Below are positions 9,666 through 19,648 of a stretch of DNA of 64,000 nt, piece by piece; positions within the stretch are counted from its first letter, which is position 1; each line of letters begins with the position of its first letter. The DNA comes from a virus. Lineage: Duplodnaviria; Caudoviricetes. Under the pieces are notes generated by a model. The model worked only from the letters and a program-made list of their open reading frames with translations. It had not been told where the DNA came from and made no database searches. The position numbers and the translations under genes were made by a program. The stretch is from positions 32,001 through 96,000 of IMG/VR virus record IMGVR_UViG_3300032167_007466; one strand, given 5' to 3'.

Positions 9666-11495
9666 TTATTCAGAAATATATTTTATAAAATATTTTTTTT
9701 GATTTTCTAAGGCACTTCTTTCTTGTCTACCCAACCACTTTCCGATTAATTTGTCATCAATTTCGCTTTTTGTCATAGTTGAATAATCTACACCATTATC
9801 ATCTATGTAATCCCTTGCATACTCTTCAGTTATAGACTTGAAACTATTATATATTTCCTCAAAAGAATCTTTGTTTTCATACATAAACGATAGCTTCTTA
9901 TGTATTTGTTCCTTGTTTGATTTGTCAAGTTTTCGACCTATAAAGTCAACCATATAATACGGAATGCAATATCTATCTTTCCTTCCTTGTTCTAATCCGC
10001 CAGATTTTAAATATATTAAGTATATCCAAATCATACTATCTATAGTCAGCATTTTATCTATATTTAAAGAAAAATCTTTAAAATATTTGGGCGAATTCTT
10101 TTTAACGGTCTTACTTCCATGCTTAAATGCAATATATCCGTTTTGGCAAAATGCAATAAGTGCCTTTAAAAGCTTGTCTAACGGAATAAAAAGGTCTTCT
10201 TTTTTCTCATATCCAACCCCTACAATTTGACGAATCTGCTTTGACCTTTCTATCAATTTAGAAAAATCATCATTATAATTTTTCCTAAAAGTATTCTCAT
10301 CACTTTTTTTAACAAGCAACAAAAAACCTTTATTTTCAAATTCTTTTTGCAAATTCAAAAAATAATTTTCTTGTGCAACAAAATCATCCATTTTAATAGG
10401 AGTTTGACTATTGGTATATTTAACTATGTTATTGTATAACTCTTCTTCATCATTCCTATCTAATTCATAAAATTTAACTAAAACAAATATTTTACTAAAA
10501 TCAGCCAACGCTTTTTTGCCAATTTCCTTTTCAAGTTCATTTATCACCATACATATAGAATTGGTTGTTTGGCATCCGTTAACAATTTTAGGATTATCAA
10601 CATCAATAAACGAGTCCCCTTTATCCCTATATACTTCTCCTATTTTATCGCATATAATAGTAATTCCATTGTTAAATAAGAAAAAATTATTACGTTGTTC
10701 AGCATTCTTTAAAGTGGCGACCATAGATTTGTTAACACTTCCAATTCGCCCTTTTACACCTAAAAAATCTCTAACATTTTTGTCAAACAAATCATATCCA
10801 ATACTATCTGCTGCATTTTTCATATTATAAATTTCACTAAGAGGAAGGGCAACATATTTTGAATCTATAATATTATCCTGTTTTTCACCAAGAGAAATAA
10901 CTTTATTTTTTGTTCCAACTTTTAATTTATGTGGAAAGTTAATTTTCTTTTCATTTCTTACTCCAAAATATAATTCATATATCCTGTCAAGTGGAATAAA
11001 TTCAGCTGCATATTCACACTGTACATCACAAATGAAATCATTAAAAATATTCTTTATATCTAAATATTCACCAATATTTGCAGTATATAGCTGAATGTAA
11101 ATTTTATATTCTTTGTCTTGGACTGCACAAGCAAATATATTTTTTAATTCATTTGATTTTTTATACGTTCCGTTCAACAATTGTGATTTTATAATACTTA
11201 AAAAGTCTATGGCATCATTTCTTCTCAATCCCGAAGGGTAATACTTATTTTGAATAATATATAACTCTTTTGTATCTTCATAATGAATATAACAATCTAT
11301 TCCGTTACCAGACTTCTCAACGATATGATCTGGAATACACTCCATATCTATATTGAACAGATGGTTTAATACCCAATAATTAAAAGCGTATTGCTCATCC
11401 TTAATATTTTCGTCTATGACACCCCAATCCTGTTGTATGTGTGTAATATCTTCTTTTATTTGCAACAAGAAATTCTTCACAACCAAACACTCCAA
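9666..11495 (-). CDS. AIPR family abortive-infection/phage-resistance protein
   Basis: NVRDFLG, FNNGITIIC, IVNGCQT, TNSQT motifs. Confidence 0.85.
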   Translation of the reverse strand: MECLVVKNFLLQIKEDITHIQQDWGVIDENIKDEQYAFNYWVLNHLFNIDMECIPDHIVEKSGNGIDCYIHYEDTKELYIIQNKYYPSGLRRNDAIDFLSIIKSQLLNGTYKKSNELKNIFACAVQDKEYKIYIQLYTANIGEYLDIKNIFNDFICDVQCEYAAEFIPLDRIYELYFGVRNEKKINFPHKLKVGTKNKVISLGEKQDNIIDSKYVALPLSEIYNMKNAADSIGYDLFDKNVRDFLGVKGRIGSVNKSMVATLKNAEQRNNFFLFNNGITIICDKIGEVYRDKGDSFIDVDNPKIVNGCQTTNSICMVINELEKEIGKKALADFSKIFVLVKFYELDRNDEEELYNNIVKYTNSQTPIKMDDFVAQENYFLNLQKEFENKGFLLLVKKSDENTFRKNYNDDFSKLIERSKQIRQIVGVGYEKKEDLFIPLDKLLKALIAFCQNGYIAFKHGSKTVKKNSPKYFKDFSLNIDKMLTIDSMIWIYLIYLKSGGLEQGRKDRYCIPYYMVDFIGRKLDKSNKEQIHKKLSFMYENKDSFEEIYNSFKSITEEYARDYIDDNGVDYSTMTKSEIDDKLIGKWLGRQERSALENQKKYFIKYISE

Positions 11496-11643
11496 TCAAC
11501 TTTTTCTACATTATACCACAATCACTCCTAAAAATCAACCTAAATATATCGAAATTTCGACATATTTATGACAAAAGAATACATCTGTTGATTTTTGTTA
11601 TAATAATGTATAATAACATTAAATAACAAAGGAGTTTTATATA

Positions 11644-11976
11644 ATGGAGGATATTTGCGTGACAGAACATATCAAGGAAATATGTAAGCAACGTGGGTGG
11701 AGCTACTATAAATTAGCAAAGGAATCAGGCATATCACATTCATCCTTGAATTATATGATGAAACATCAACACGTTCCAACAATAAATACCTTAATTAAGA
11801 TTTGTAATGGATTGGGAATAACGCTATCTCAATTTTTTATTAGTCTATCTAATGAAAAAACAGTGGGACAAGATGAAATTATTAAACTTTGGAATTTGCT
11901 TAATAATCAAGAAAAAGAATTAGTTCTTACTTATGTGTATGGATTACTTCACAAAATGCCACAACAAAAGGAGTAA
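11644..11976 (+). CDS. XRE-family HTH regulator
   Basis: SYYKLAKESGISHSSL..PTINTLIKICNGLGITLSQFF. Confidence 0.85.
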   Translation: MEDICVTEHIKEICKQRGWSYYKLAKESGISHSSLNYMMKHQHVPTINTLIKICNGLGITLSQFFISLSNEKTVGQDEIIKLWNLLNNQEKELVLTYVYGLLHKMPQQKE

Positions 11977-11982
11977 TAAATT

Positions 11983-12795
11983 TTGAATTTTGAACAGTTA
12001 GAAAGAATTGCAGAAAGGCATATTACAAAAAACACGAATAAAATTCCTGCAAATGCTTTTGAGTTAGCACAAAAGTTAAATCTACGTGTTAAAAATAGCA
12101 TAGAATGTAAACAAGATTTTAAAGAACAATATCCACTATACAAGTGCAATGCTGCCTATACATTAGTAAATGGTGAATATACAATTTATCACGACGAGAA
12201 ATATGCTTATAAGAATTTTTCTGTCGCTCACGAAATAGCACACCACTTGTTAGAGCATTATTCAGACGGAATAAGAGAACACCATGATGCAAATTTACTT
12301 GCGGCTATTATCCTATTATCACCTGAAGGTATAAAAAAGAATAAAATAAAAAATGCCACCGAGTTATCAGAAAAATGTCTCATTCCTTATGATGTTGCTA
12401 TCGAATATTGGTCAAACATAAAAAATATTTCCAAACCACCTAAGAAACGCATAAAATACAGAGATGCAATTGACATAGCACTAATTGTTGCATTATTTGC
12501 AACGCTTTGTTTCATAGGATTTGCAAACAAAACTGAAGATAAACAAACTAATATTCAAAAACAAATAACCACAACCGCCGCCCCCGATGTTACATATACT
12601 CCTGTTCCAAAACTTTCCCCTGCCCCACAAATAGAAGCAACAAACACAACTACAGTATATGCAACTTCATCAGGCAAAAAATATCATATAGCCGGATGCA
12701 GATACATAAAGAATAAAACCAATATTACACCATTGACACCGGACGAAGCTGTAACTCGCAATTTACAGCCGTGTTCAATTTGTATTGGTCAGTAA
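11983..12795 (+). CDS. ImmA/IrrE metallopeptidase fused to a TM helix and C-terminal metal-binding domain
   Basis: FSVAHEIAH zinc motif; TM IALIVALFATLCFIGFA; TSSGKKYH..CRY..PCSIC. Confidence 0.75.
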   Translation: MNFEQLERIAERHITKNTNKIPANAFELAQKLNLRVKNSIECKQDFKEQYPLYKCNAAYTLVNGEYTIYHDEKYAYKNFSVAHEIAHHLLEHYSDGIREHHDANLLAAIILLSPEGIKKNKIKNATELSEKCLIPYDVAIEYWSNIKNISKPPKKRIKYRDAIDIALIVALFATLCFIGFANKTEDKQTNIQKQITTTAAPDVTYTPVPKLSPAPQIEATNTTTVYATSSGKKYHIAGCRYIKNKTNITPLTPDEAVTRNLQPCSICIGQ

Positions 12796-12796
12796 A

Positions 12797-12988
12797 TCAT
12801 TCATCTGATTTGTTAAGTATTCGTTCTGCTTTAATACAACCGTCAGCATACCAATTATCATAGCCAAAATCGTCCATACAAGGCGAATCTTCGTTGCTGA
12901 CGGTAATTTTATTGCATTGTTTACTGTTTGTTTTACAGGGCGTTTCTGAGCCTGTGACAACTTTATTTATATTATCCATATTGTACAT
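12797..12988 (-). CDS. Small hypothetical protein (63 aa)
   Basis: ATG at 12988 with GGAG RBS. Confidence 0.5.
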   Translation of the reverse strand: MYNMDNINKVVTGSETPCKTNSKQCNKITVSNEDSPCMDDFGYDNWYADGCIKAERILNKSDE

Positions 12989-13562
12989 TTTACTTTCTCC
13001 ATGTTCTTTAAATAAGATTATATTATATATGTTAACAAAACTCAATATTAGTATAACATAATATTTTACAAATTTCAATAGCAAAAGACCGCCCAAATAG
13101 ACGGTCTAACTTGTTAGCACTCTCAAACAAATTTTCCATATTGCTCGCATTTTGCCAATACCTATGTTATACTCATTATGTGCCTTATGGCAAAGAAAGG
13201 AGTTGGTTTTTATGTCCGACTTTTTGAATTTGCCTTGTTCTTGTGGTAACGGCGATGCGTAAGGCAAGCAAAACTTACATAGCAGAACTCGTACTGCTGA
13301 AGTGAGCCGCATACCAAGATAACACGTAGTAGCATTGCGTTTAGGCGTTGGCATTGTGCTCGTGGCAACCGAAGTCTCGACAGAGTTGCCGTGGATTTTC
13401 CCTAAAGGAATTGTACCCGTGAAGGATTTATCAGTGCTCTTGCAATATGTACAAGTAAACAAATTTGAGAGAAAAAGAGTCTGTGATGCTACCATAGACT
13501 CTTTTGTCTTTGTGCCTACATTATATTATTCTCCATTCGAAAAGAACAATATTAAAAAATCA

Positions 13563-14543
13563 TCACATCATTCTCAATAAATCCCCAACACCAAATGCAG
13601 CATTGACATAATTTCCAACAGTTGTTTCTATATCCTTATGCCCCAAATTCTGTGCCACAAACTGGATGTCTGCTCTTTTTGCCATAACAGTAGAATAATA
13701 ATGTCTTATCTGATGTGGAGTAATTCCATTGCCATAATTCTTAAAGATAGCAATAACTGTATCAGCCGAAATACTCGTGTTGTTTTTTGTTATAAATACA
13801 GCATTGATATTTTCCACTCCGTCAATTTCTTGTCTTATCTCAAGCCATTTTTCAAGAGCAGACAACGCTGTTCCTGTTATAAATACCTTTCGTTTATCAT
13901 CTTCTTCATAATAACCTTTACCAAGCACAGTAATATAAGGTATATCTTCCTCAAAATGAAGGTCTGATATTTCCAATCCCGCAAGCTCGCTCTCTCTTAT
14001 TCCTGAACCTAAAAGTGTTTGAAGCATAGCAATATTCCGCTCTCTCACTATTTTATCCTTTTTCCATTGTATGCGTTCAAACATTTCATCTATTTGTTTT
14101 TTATCAGGCAATTTAGCATAGATATTTTCAACATTATTTTTCTTGCCTTTATAACCACATGTTTTTACCGGATTCTTTTCCAGTTTACTATTTGGAGACT
14201 CAACTAAATTTGAAAAGAAGGATGACAATATATTTTTTCGTGTTGTTAAAGTTGTACGACTCATTCCTTCTGTTTGTCTCTGTTTTAAATATAGAAATAC
14301 ATCTGCCGGCTCCAGTGTGTTAAATGAATTTGGAGTTAGTTCAGAGATTCCTTTCTCCGTAATTAAAGCATTTTCCACAAGCCACAAAAGAAAATCCTTA
14401 ATGGCAATATAGTAATTTCTCGCACTAGCTTTACTATATAATTTATATAAGTACTTCCGTATAAATAATGGTGTTTTATCTTTGTCAAATTCTGCAAACA
14501 ATTTATCCTCATTGTGTCTTTGAACATTGTCTTTATAACACAT
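13563..14543 (-). CDS. Tyrosine recombinase/integrase (Xer-like)
   Basis: GIRESEL, GKG, HQIRH, LGH, catalytic Y (GNY); ATG at 14543 with AAAGGAAGGA RBS. Confidence 0.92.
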   Translation of the reverse strand: MCYKDNVQRHNEDKLFAEFDKDKTPLFIRKYLYKLYSKASARNYYIAIKDFLLWLVENALITEKGISELTPNSFNTLEPADVFLYLKQRQTEGMSRTTLTTRKNILSSFFSNLVESPNSKLEKNPVKTCGYKGKKNNVENIYAKLPDKKQIDEMFERIQWKKDKIVRERNIAMLQTLLGSGIRESELAGLEISDLHFEEDIPYITVLGKGYYEEDDKRKVFITGTALSALEKWLEIRQEIDGVENINAVFITKNNTSISADTVIAIFKNYGNGITPHQIRHYYSTVMAKRADIQFVAQNLGHKDIETTVGNYVNAAFGVGDLLRMM

Positions 14544-14608
14544 TTTAATCCTTCCTTTCTGTAATTTAAGTATAAAAAACAACAGCCAACCGAAATCGGC
14601 TGTTTAAA

Positions 14609-14637
14609 TTGACAAATATTTTCCGTTGTGATATAAT
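14609..14637 (+). promoter_or_regulatory. Consensus SigA promoter
   Basis: TTGACA-17-TATAAT with TG extension. Confidence 0.85.
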
Positions 14638-14737
14638 ATTGAAGACAACAACTTCAATATATAAAATGATTCAGCAAAATAAATGCTTGACCCCGTAATG
14701 GTCGTAGGGGCATTTTATATATTTGGAGGTGATAGAC

Positions 14738-14827
14738 ATATCTAAGATTTTAATAATCTTGGGTGTATCAGCCGACATAGCCACTTTGGTTATGTTTACT
14801 GATTACATCCTTGCAAAAATCGGATAA
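14738..14827 (+). CDS. Putative type I toxin peptide (29 aa, ATA start: MSKILIILGVSADIATLVMFTDYILAKIG)
   Basis: GGAGGTGA RBS, hydrophobic single helix, own promoter and terminator, 13-nt anti-RBS complement at 14877-14889. Confidence 0.6.
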   Translation: MSKILIILGVSADIATLVMFTDYILAKIG

Positions 14828-14931
14828 TGTCGCAGTTGTCTGATAAAAGCACTTGTGAAAGCAGGTGCTTTTGTTTTGTCTATCACCTCTGGTATATTAT
14901 TCTCCATAAATTTCAAGTTGAAACTATTATT

Positions 14932-15156
14932 CTATTGTGGTTTTATAACCTGAACATCTGCAATTTCATAGAAGAAAGCATCAAGCTCTCCTATATCGCC
15001 TATTAGGTCACATGAAATATGGGTTTCTGATATATCAGTAACCATACCAACATAGTTCTTTTCATCATTGTTTAATTTAATTTCAACTTTGTCACCTTGA
15101 ACAACTTGAACTCCGTTAGATAATACATAACAAAATCTTGCGTTTTCCATAAACAA
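14932..15156 (-). CDS. Small hypothetical early protein
   Basis: ORF with RBS in early array. Confidence 0.6.
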   Translation of the reverse strand: MFMENARFCYVLSNGVQVVQGDKVEIKLNNDEKNYVGMVTDISETHISCDLIGDIGELDAFFYEIADVQVIKPQ

Positions 15157-15184
15157 ACCTCTCTTTCACTTTTGAACAATCATT

Positions 15185-15643
15185 TCATTGATATAATATT
15201 CTTTCAATATCAGAGATTATTTCTTCCATTCCCATAATATAAGCATCCTCAAATTCTTGGTCTTCCCAGTGGTTAGTGGATTTTGACTTTTTAATCTCTT
15301 CTTTCCATTGTTTTAATTTATCTTCAATTTGATTGCAAATCCAAGTATCATTATTTACTCGCTTATAACCATCTTCGCCTGTTTCTTTCCAAAACTCGCC
15401 GTCGAGCCATTTCTTTGCTTCTACTAAATCCCCTGAATTAACATACATAGTTGATAATGCCGTGTCGATTATCTTTCTACATACTTCTCTTTCGCATCCG
15501 GGAGCGCAAGTCTTCGCTAAAACAACAGGCGCTTTCATTCCGTCATACACAATAGTCAGTTTATATTTGTCGCTCAATTCTCTATCGTTTTCGATAGTCA
15601 TACCCTCTTTTAATTCCTGTTTGAGAATATCTATCATTTTCAT
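15185..15643 (-). CDS. Hypothetical early protein
   Basis: 152-aa ORF with RBS. Confidence 0.7.
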   Translation of the reverse strand: MKMIDILKQELKEGMTIENDRELSDKYKLTIVYDGMKAPVVLAKTCAPGCEREVCRKIIDTALSTMYVNSGDLVEAKKWLDGEFWKETGEDGYKRVNNDTWICNQIEDKLKQWKEEIKKSKSTNHWEDQEFEDAYIMGMEEIISDIERILYQ

Positions 15644-15679
15644 ATTATCACATCCTTTTTAGGTGTTAAAACAGTAGTT

Positions 15680-15973
15680 CTATTGGCAATCTATAAAGTT
15701 TATATCGCAATCACAACCAATAAATTGACCTCCACAAACAGGGCATCTTTCTACATCACAACCATAATGATGATAATGCCCTTTTAATACGTTACAATCA
15801 TGGCATCTTTCCCCTGTATCAAAATCATCTTCTCCGTATAGGATTCTTTTATAAATTTTTCCATTACATTCAATTTCTGAACAGCTACATCCGTCACTTT
15901 TTAACATGCGCTGACCGCAAATTTCACATTTAGCTCCGCCTTCAGCAATAATTTCTTCTATGGTTTTATTCAT
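15680..15973 (-). CDS. Cys-rich zinc-binding early protein
   Basis: [29 protein letters not shown]. Confidence 0.75.
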   Translation of the reverse strand: MNKTIEEIIAEGGAKCEICGQRMLKSDGCSCSEIECNGKIYKRILYGEDDFDTGERCHDCNVLKGHYHHYGCDVERCPVCGGQFIGCDCDINFIDCQ

Positions 15974-16009
15974 TGTATTCCCTCCTAAATTCTATATAAA
16001 ATACACGAT

Positions 16010-16204
16010 TTATTTATTCTTATCGTAATATCCGTTACCGTATCTTCTTCTGATTTCGGACTGTGAAACACCGTTACAGATGTCTCTTGTCATTTTTGAA
16101 TTGTCAACATCCAGAGGATTTTTATTTTCCACTTTCTGATTAGTTGAATAACTGCAACATGCCCAAATAACCGCTATGATAATAATTCCAATTAAAGTTC
16201 CCAT
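16010..16204 (-). CDS. Small membrane-anchored protein
   Basis: N-terminal hydrophobic helix, RBS. Confidence 0.65.
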   Translation of the reverse strand: MGTLIGIIIIAVIWACCSYSTNQKVENKNPLDVDNSKMTRDICNGVSQSEIRRRYGNGYYDKNK

Positions 16205-16219
16205 AACTCATATTCTCCT

Positions 16220-16459
16220 TTACTTTTTACTTATATCAACATTTTCGCCATCATAATATCCTAATGCTCTTCTTCTATCTCTTTCCTCTCTCGGAACAGT
16301 ATCTAAATCAGCCATCATTCTCTCAAAACCAATATCCTTTTTGGTCTTTTGGGTAAAATACTTTTCCGCTTGAGGCGAACTGTATTTTACATGATTTCTG
16401 TCATAACCTTCCTTTGCCCAAGATCCTAACCCTGCCAATATTCCAAACCATCCAAACAT
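16220..16459 (-). CDS. Small protein
   Basis: AGGAGG RBS; C-terminus RRRALGYYD resembles the neighbour's RRRYGNGYYD. Confidence 0.65.
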   Translation of the reverse strand: MFGWFGILAGLGSWAKEGYDRNHVKYSSPQAEKYFTQKTKKDIGFERMMADLDTVPREERDRRRALGYYDGENVDISKK

Positions 16460-16500
16460 GATTTATTCCTCCTAAATTCTTTTCCTATATTATACCACAA

Positions 16501-16692
16501 TTAACATCCTCTTGCAATGCTTTTGTAGTAAATTTGTGCCACTTGCTGCCGTGATTTTCCAATGATATTTCCAATCTCAGCAAAAGACTTTTTCTCCGCT
16601 TTGAGTTGCTTAACTTTATCTACCGTTCCATCTACTACAAGTTTACTTCTGTACTGATGTGGTCTTTTATATCTATGTTCATATTCGTTCAA
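16501..16692 (-). CDS. Small HTH protein
   Basis: KSFAEIGNIIGKSRQQVAQI HTH. Confidence 0.7.
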   Translation of the reverse strand: MNEYEHRYKRPHQYRSKLVVDGTVDKVKQLKAEKKSFAEIGNIIGKSRQQVAQIYYKSIARGC

Positions 16693-16871
16693 GCTGACAC
16701 CTTCTCTCTGATATTTTCCATATGATTTTCAGTTCTCGCTTCCGCTACCAACATATCAACTAAGTCATTATAACATTCATCCCAAGTATCACCGCTTAAT
16801 ACGAAATTTCCGTTGCTATCATGTACTTCATAATGTTCTTTAACTTGTACGATCCTATGTGTATTATCCAT
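16689..16871 (-). CDS. Hypothetical early protein
   Basis: 60 aa, coupled ORF. Confidence 0.6.
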   Translation of the reverse strand: MDNTHRIVQVKEHYEVHDSNGNFVLSGDTWDECYNDLVDMLVAEARTENHMENIREKVSA

Positions 16872-16873
16872 AA

Positions 16874-17083
16874 TTAAATAGCTCCCATTCTTAATTTAAT
16901 CTTTATCTCTGTTAAGTCTGCAAGAGTATTCATAACTTCTAATTCATGTTCAAAATCAATGGGTTTATCAGATGTTTTCCCATAATCTCTTGCTATGATA
17001 CTTCTTTGCAAGTTAGATATTTCGCCAATCGTCATATTTGATACTTTCATATTTGCCTCCTGTTGAAATGCGACTTCTATCAA
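16874..17083 (-). CDS. Hypothetical early protein
   Basis: Probable internal ATG with AGGAGG RBS. Confidence 0.55.
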   Translation of the reverse strand: MIEVAFQQEANMKVSNMTIGEISNLQRSIIARDYGKTSDKPIDFEHELEVMNTLADLTEIKIKLRMGAI

Positions 17084-17379
17084 GAAATTACCTCAAAATT
17101 GCTCTTGAAAATTTCCTCTGATATTACTTTAAACATTCTTCTATCTGATACCCTTCTGATAATATAATCAGTAGGTTTTACAACTGATTCATAATTATGA
17201 TGTTCCAAATTACAAATATGTAAATCTGGCACAATTACTCTTACACATAAATCCAACTTCTCTGTTATAAACTTCTTGCATTTTTCCACTTGTTCTGAAG
17301 TGTATTTTTCATATCTGATTGCTTCATATTCATTTTCCGTAAAAAGATTTCTAATCTTTAACATATCCTCTACCTCCAA
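17080..17379 (-). CDS. Hypothetical early protein
   Basis: ORF with RBS. Confidence 0.6.
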   Translation of the reverse strand: MEVEDMLKIRNLFTENEYEAIRYEKYTSEQVEKCKKFITEKLDLCVRVIVPDLHICNLEHHNYESVVKPTDYIIRRVSDRRMFKVISEEIFKSNFEVIS

Positions 17380-17405
17380 TCCGATTGAATACGAGATTTA
17401 TTGCT

Positions 17406-18137
17406 TTATGCAATCTTTAATTTGCTCTGCTTCTGTTCCGTTTTATTAAGACTTCTGATATATTTTCCACCATCTTTTTCAAAGTATTTCAGATATCCTT
17501 CCTCAATCATTTCATCTGCCACTTTCAAGATATAATCAATGGTCTGTCCACCAGTATAATTCTTTCCATCATTAAGTCCTAAACGATTTAATCTAACAAT
17601 TCCTGCAATATTTCTTGCTATGTCAAAAGCAGAATAATATTTTGTTGTTCTTGTTGTGGCTGCTTTTTCAAATAATACCTTGCGAATTTCCTCTTTTCTT
17701 TCGTTTAAGTATTCCTCATATTCGCTATCAGAAATAACATAAACTGTATCATGCAAGTTCACCCAACGAATAGAAGATAATTCCATTCTGTCAATGGCTT
17801 CTGCAACTTTCTTAACATCATTCTTTAAAATAACTCCGCTAATCTGTTGTGGATGTGCGTGTAAATAAGCACGTTTTTCCTTACTATGTTCCACTTTCCA
17901 TCCGCTATCTTCCATAATTCCAAAAGATTCTATCAGGTTAATTGCTTCCGTTCTCCATGCCTCTCTATCTTCTGTCGTTTCAAATCTGCAATTACGGTCA
18001 TATGATGGTGTATCAATATTAAAATGTACTTCTACATATTCATTTCCATAATCCATATCTGGATTCCAATTATTTGTAAGTGTATGGTCTTCTCCATAGT
18101 CATTTCCAATTCCATACTGATGATATTTAATACTCAT
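17406..18137 (-). CDS. Hypothetical phage protein
   Basis: 243-aa ORF with RBS. Confidence 0.75.
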   Translation of the reverse strand: MSIKYHQYGIGNDYGEDHTLTNNWNPDMDYGNEYVEVHFNIDTPSYDRNCRFETTEDREAWRTEAINLIESFGIMEDSGWKVEHSKEKRAYLHAHPQQISGVILKNDVKKVAEAIDRMELSSIRWVNLHDTVYVISDSEYEEYLNERKEEIRKVLFEKAATTRTTKYYSAFDIARNIAGIVRLNRLGLNDGKNYTGGQTIDYILKVADEMIEEGYLKYFEKDGGKYIRSLNKTEQKQSKLKIA

Positions 18138-18181
18138 ATAATCAACCTTCCTCTCTGTAAAATAGACTTAAAATTCCGATT

Positions 18182-18430
18182 TCATTGCCTATTAATTCCT
18201 AAAATTCGTTCACAAGCACTATATACAGTTTCAGTATCATCTGTATGTCCATTACACTCTTCAACAATTCTAACAATCATATCCATTGATATATCATCAA
18301 ATTTAGTGTTAAATGGATATACTTTAGATGTTTCACTTTCAAATGCAATAAAGTCAATTATATTCCATTCTTCTGTTGTCATTGGAATATTTAATTTTTC
18401 ATTGCTTGTTTTTGCCCAAGTCTGTTTCAT
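18182..18430 (-). CDS. Hypothetical early protein
   Basis: AGGAGG RBS. Confidence 0.65.
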   Translation of the reverse strand: MKQTWAKTSNEKLNIPMTTEEWNIIDFIAFESETSKVYPFNTKFDDISMDMIVRIVEECNGHTDDTETVYSACERILGINRQ

Positions 18431-18464
18431 ATTTTACCTCCTAATAAAATCACTCATTTATTGC

Positions 18465-19022
18465 TTAATTTCCACCTGCAAACTCACCATAATATTTTTG
18501 TCTCATTTCCTCTGCGAATTTTCCGGCTTGTTCTAATTCTTCATAAGAAAATTTTCCAAGTACAGTGTTTTTCTTATTTATCTGAAGCTGTACTATCCAC
18601 ATTTTCTCTGTGTTACTCCAAGAAACATTTCTGTAACCTGACTTATTATTACTGTTTCTACCCCTTCTGTTTTTAGAATTATTAGTATCTAAAACAATCC
18701 TTAAATTCTCTTTTCTGTTATCCAAGCAATTATTGTTTTTATGATCTACCGTCTTTCCGTTTGCTTCCATAATAAACTGATGTAAAAATATCGGTCTTGC
18801 TCTTTTTAGTTCAGGTATGTATTCACTTGCATAAGCATAATATTTACCCATACTTTTATTAAGTTTTGCATACCAAGTATAAGGAAAATTTATCAATACT
18901 CTTTCCAAATCGTCTAAATCAATAACCGTCCATATACTTTCTGCATTTGTTCTGTTTAATTCAACCCTTACAATATTATTTACTTCATCAACAATATAAT
19001 TGTTTCCCTTTTTCTTTGCCAT
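18465..19022 (-). CDS. HNH endonuclease with AP2 DNA-binding domain
   Basis: LHQFI..VDHKNNNCLDNRKENLR..N; SGYRNVSW..W..LGKF..A. Confidence 0.88.
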   Translation of the reverse strand: MAKKKGNNYIVDEVNNIVRVELNRTNAESIWTVIDLDDLERVLINFPYTWYAKLNKSMGKYYAYASEYIPELKRARPIFLHQFIMEANGKTVDHKNNNCLDNRKENLRIVLDTNNSKNRRGRNSNNKSGYRNVSWSNTEKMWIVQLQINKKNTVLGKFSYEELEQAGKFAEEMRQKYYGEFAGGN

Positions 19023-19057
19023 CCCAACTCTCCCTCTTTAATGCCCTTTCATCTGCT

Positions 19058-19417
19058 TTATTCTTCAACATCTAATAGTGTTACATTTCCGTTTTCAACA
19101 AGATAAATTTCATCAGCCGAAACATCCTCAATGTTGTATATCCTCTCAATAGGTAAGTATTCAAAATCAATCTTTTGAACACCACCGCTCCAAAAGATAT
19201 AATCCGGATTGTGATAATACTGTTGTGCAACCAAATCAGCTTTTACAAAATCCTCAACTGTTCCAACATATTCAAAGGCTTTTATAATTTCATTCCAATC
19301 CTTGTCACAATATCCATGCATGCCCCTCTGTTCAAAATCGTGCTTATCTCCGTTGTATTCCTCTGTCGCATACATTCTGCCTTTGTTATCCGTAAAAATT
19401 ATCCTTCTGCGTGTCAT
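19058..19417 (-). CDS. Hypothetical early protein
   Basis: AGGAGG RBS. Confidence 0.7.
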   Translation of the reverse strand: MTRRRIIFTDNKGRMYATEEYNGDKHDFEQRGMHGYCDKDWNEIIKAFEYVGTVEDFVKADLVAQQYYHNPDYIFWSGGVQKIDFEYLPIERIYNIEDVSADEIYLVENGNVTLLDVEE

Positions 19418-19474
19418 ATTCGTTTCCTCCTAAAATCTATACTTAAACCCCTAATTCTATCGTGTTATTTCCGC

Positions 19475-19639
19475 TTACGATATATGCCTTCTGTGTACTA
19501 ATGCACATTTGTTGCAGACACAAACCGTTTTTAATCCTTCGTTTTTTACCAAAGTTAAAACTTCATACTTTACACTTCTTGTTTCACCGCAAAAATGGCA
19601 TTTTAAGTTTTTGTCTTTCCAATTCTCAATAAGTTTCAT
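19475..19639 (-). CDS. Small zinc-finger protein (54 aa)
   Basis: Read manually: CHFCG...VCNKC, AGGAGG RBS. Confidence 0.65.
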   Translation of the reverse strand: MKLIENWKDKNLKCHFCGETRSVKYEVLTLVKNEGLKTVCVCNKCALVHRRHIS

Positions 19640-19648
19640 AATAGCCTC

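Noticed and set aside
13106-13495. 129-aa minus-strand ORF
   Set aside because: Start lies inside a terminator-like hairpin, no RBS, no recognisable protein features
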